Assembly (NCBI GenBank): GCA_021648085.1
Contig: JAKITS010000001.1
Coordinates: forward strand, 746,759-810,758
Source of the DNA: Candidatus Magasanikiibacteriota bacterium
GTDB lineage: Bacteria; Patescibacteriota; Patescibacteriia; Magasanikbacterales; UBA922
Direction of reading: 5' to 3'
Length of the DNA: 64,000 nucleotides
Position 1 is the first letter of the stretch, and each line of letters opens with the position of its first letter. This document shows positions 61,357 through 64,000 of the stretch, piece after piece. The notes beneath the pieces were generated by a model. It saw only the letters and a program-made list of their open reading frames with translations, searched no databases and was not told the DNA's origin. The position numbers and the translations under genes are program-made.

Positions 61357-62109
61357 TTATTTTGTAAACAAAAGTGAATTTAATATGCCTTTGAGTATTG
61401 GCTCCATATCTTTTCCGCCTTCATCAAATCCAAATCTAAACATATATTCCTGACTATTAAAATCTTTTACAACATTACTTCCAATTTGGATTTTTCCATC
61501 TGTATTTTGCTCATTTACAAGAATTTTTTCTATTGAATTTACAACAATCTTTCCAGTAGAATTCATTGACAAATCATAAGTTTTATCATAGAAAAATGGT
61601 CCATATCCGTCTGGATTTATATCTATATTAAAATAGGTATTTTCCGTTCCAGAAATATCAATAAGTGTAATTTGATACCAATTTTTTGCACTTGAATTTC
61701 CAGAATATATTACTTTTACAGCATCTTTTACTATTGCAAAACCCTCTGGATAAGAAAAAGAAAATCCATAACTATCATTTGTGTAAACTTTCCAATTACT
61801 TGTATTAATAGCCAAATACTTCGTCTCTAGCACATCTTTTTTTATTACATTTAGTGTTTTTGATGTTTCAGCTACTTCTGGAATAACACCAACATCTTCT
61901 TTATTTTTATTCAATTCTTTTATTTGCGTTTGTAGTTCTTGAATTTGTGTTTGAAAAGCTTTTTCTGTATTTTTTGTACTAAGTTGTTGCAAAAAATACA
62001 TTCCAATTCCTACAATTAAAGCTGTAAGTAAAATAGACAAAACTAAAATCCAAATATTTTTTGGATTGTTGTACGATTGATTTATTTCTGTTTGTATTTC
62101 TTCATTCAT
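61357..62109 (-). CDS. Membrane-anchored PsbP-like hypothetical protein
   Basis: TM, coiled coil, W..Y.N..YGFSFSYP; ends ILNSLLF. Confidence 0.7.
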   Translation of the reverse strand: MNEEIQTEINQSYNNPKNIWILVLSILLTALIVGIGMYFLQQLSTKNTEKAFQTQIQELQTQIKELNKNKEDVGVIPEVAETSKTLNVIKKDVLETKYLAINTSNWKVYTNDSYGFSFSYPEGFAIVKDAVKVIYSGNSSAKNWYQITLIDISGTENTYFNIDINPDGYGPFFYDKTYDLSMNSTGKIVVNSIEKILVNEQNTDGKIQIGSNVVKDFNSQEYMFRFGFDEGGKDMEPILKGILNSLLFTK

Positions 62110-62194
62110 ATTTTTGTATTAATTATAAAATAGTATAACAAATTCTATTATTTTATAAAAATACTTCGCAAAAATACGAAGTGTTTTTATATCC

Positions 62195-62325
62195 TCAAAT
62201 CGACCAGCATGATCTTGCGAAAACTGCTTTACAAGGAGAGAGAGAGAGTTCAATTAAGAACAATTTGTAACGCTATTTGCGCGCGATCTCTCCAACAAAA
62301 AATGCTGAATTACTGGCCGATTTGA
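62195..62325 (-). ncRNA. Candidate structured RNA (closed stem, internal bubble)
   Basis: tcaaatcggccagt/gctggtcgatttga closing stem; ggagaga/tctctcc inner stem; terminator at 62157-62188. Confidence 0.35.
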
Positions 62326-62376
62326 AAATATAAATGATAGAGTTTTTACTGAACAGAGCAAAATATTTTTTGTTCA

Positions 62377-62484
62377 CGTCATATTGAGCGTAGTGAAACG
62401 GAGTCGAAATATCTCGTGTTTGTTTCACTATTTTTTGTTTTTGTGATACTTTCGCGAGATCCTTCGACTTCGCTCAGGATGGCG
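62377..62484 (+). repeat. Short-spacer REPIN
   Basis: cgtcatattgagcgtagtgaaacggagtcg...gctcaggatggcg. Confidence 0.9.
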
Positions 62485-62720
62485 TGTGTATTTTTTATAT
62501 TTGATTTTAAATAATAATATATACTTTGTTGAGAACTCAACCTTTTGGTTAAAAACTCAATGAAGTCCTCCAATTTTACTGTGTGTAAAATTGGAGGAAT
62601 GTTTCTGTGCTATTTATTCCTTGTTGTGCAACAAGCTGGTTAAACGAACCAGTTGGGATATGAACTACCTCCTTTTTCTCACGAATCCCGTTGTGAGGAA
62701 GGGTTGATCTTTTTTTGCGC

Positions 62721-64000
62721 TCAATGATTATTGAACATCGCCTGAAGATCATTCAGACTTCGATTGCCTTTGGAAGTTTGTTGCGCTGGCTTATTAACTT
62801 TTGCAACTTTCTTTTTTCCATTACTTTTACTCTTCACGACAGTTGTCGAGTCAAGATAAGTAATAGCCAACTGCAACCACAAATCCAAGTCTCTGGCGCG
62901 ACCCAAAGAAAAGAATTCGTCTCCCTGACAACACCAATCTAAATTGGATACTTTGTCAGCGATTGCGTCTTGCCGGCGAGCGCGTCCATAAGGAGCGTTC
63001 AGTTCGCCGTTAAAGATTTGTGTAGCTTTTTCTTTGCTACCCAAAATCTCAACAACTTTGTCGGCAAACGCACGAATCTGACGCGCCTGATCAAGATTAT
63101 CGCCATTCTCCCGAAGGATTACAGCAATTACCTCTTGTTCAAGCTCCAGATCCGCTTCCAACTTTTCAAACAGCACCTCAACTTCAGTGATAATCACTTT
63201 AGTTTCAGCAATCCATTTGGAAAGCTCTTCGACCGAAGATGATAGATAGCAATACCTTCTATCTCCAGCCTGTTTTTTGGAGTCACACTCTTTCAAATCA
63301 TACCAACCTTTACGGCCAATAAGTTTTCCGAGTGTTTCTTGAAGCTTTTTAGCTTCAAATTTCCCACGATTCTGAATCTTCAACTCTGCGAGCTGAAGAA
63401 CAGAATTTTGGAAAACCTCCTTCGCCTCGTTGAGATCCTTAACTCTCTTATTCTCGAAGATTCCATAACTGGAACTCCAAATAAGAGTACTATAAATAAA
63501 GAGATCTTCTCCTGTCACAACACACTGTCCGTAAACAGAGGTCACAAAAGGAATTGAAGAGTCTTCATCCAATAGTTCAGGAAACTTAACTTCTGGCTTT
63601 TTGTTGCCACCCAAAAACTCATGCCACTGATCAACATTAAGATATTCGCACATCTTTTTCTTGAGCGTAGGCACATCAGTTTCCTTGAAAGTTGCATAAT
63701 AGCCGAAACTAGCAACAACTTCCAACAGACGACCGCCAGGAAGGCGAACACCCTCGTCCGACAATTGGATCCAGCTATTCGCCTTCACCATCTCATCGGT
63801 AAGTTTCACTTGAGGAATATCAAAACTATTATTATAGTCACGATACTTCACCACAAGATCACTTCCGAAAAGGTTGATTGTGTCTGGATTTTCACCCAAA
63901 ACCAATTCAACAAGCTCCTCGTCGAGAGCCGGAAGCAAAATTGCTCCCGGATTTTTGATCTCGCGCGCGCACTTTGCTCCGTCGAGTTGAGCGAGGTAAA
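62721..64000 (-). CDS. 3' part of a large protein cut by the window edge; possibly the C-terminus of a HrpA/HrpB-like helicase
   Basis: The frame is open to the window edge (YLAQLDGAKCAREIKNPGAILLP...). It is visibly more GC-rich than its neighbours. The helicase assignment rests only on weak recollection; no motif lies in the window. Confidence 0.55.
   Translation of the reverse strand, partial: YLAQLDGAKCAREIKNPGAILLPALDEELVELVLGENPDTINLFGSDLVVKYRDYNNSFDIPQVKLTDEMVKANSWIQLSDEGVRLPGGRLLEVVASFGYYATFKETDVPTLKKKMCEYLNVDQWHEFLGGNKKPEVKFPELLDEDSSIPFVTSVYGQCVVTGEDLFIYSTLIWSSSYGIFENKRVKDLNEAKEVFQNSVLQLAELKIQNRGKFEAKKLQETLGKLIGRKGWYDLKECDSKKQAGDRRYCYLSSSVEELSKWIAETKVIITEVEVLFEKLEADLELEQEVIAVILRENGDNLDQARQIRAFADKVVEILGSKEKATQIFNGELNAPYGRARRQDAIADKVSNLDWCCQGDEFFSLGRARDLDLWLQLAITYLDSTTVVKSKSNGKKKVAKVNKPAQQTSKGNRSLNDLQAMFNNH

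Overview
AT-rich bacterial chromosome segment using the standard genetic code (TGA is stop). Gene content points to Patescibacteria/CPR (inference: Parcubacteria/ABY1-like): a cluster of six TrbC/VirB2-type pilins, giant surface proteins, and AT-rich starts mostly without Shine-Dalgarno sites. Housekeeping content includes a RimK-family ligase, a TrmH methylase, a Xer-type recombinase, an SPFH protein, a split class III ribonucleotide reductase with NrdG and tandem NrdR boxes, galU, rpsF-ssb-rpsR, ychF, rmuC and three tRNAs. Three very large surface proteins (2306, 3357 and 1153 aa) are present. Most larger intergenic regions carry CGTC/TGTC-tagged REP doublets (REPIN-like, about 120 bp). The most interesting signal is a small GIY-YIG nuclease gene (38806-39090, one nonsense codon, absent from the ORF track). 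It sits in the middle of the spacer of such a doublet and looks like the autonomous parent of the repeat family. Other signals: a 20-nt palindrome inserted only inside REPs, REP doublets read in frame within a 2306-aa protein, a second family of about 150-nt covarying hairpin elements, an 11-bp-phased DnaA-box cluster near 59.4-59.8 kb, and several promoter-to-terminator units with no long ORF (candidate ncRNAs or peptides). All calls come from reading the sequence by eye; no searches were run.
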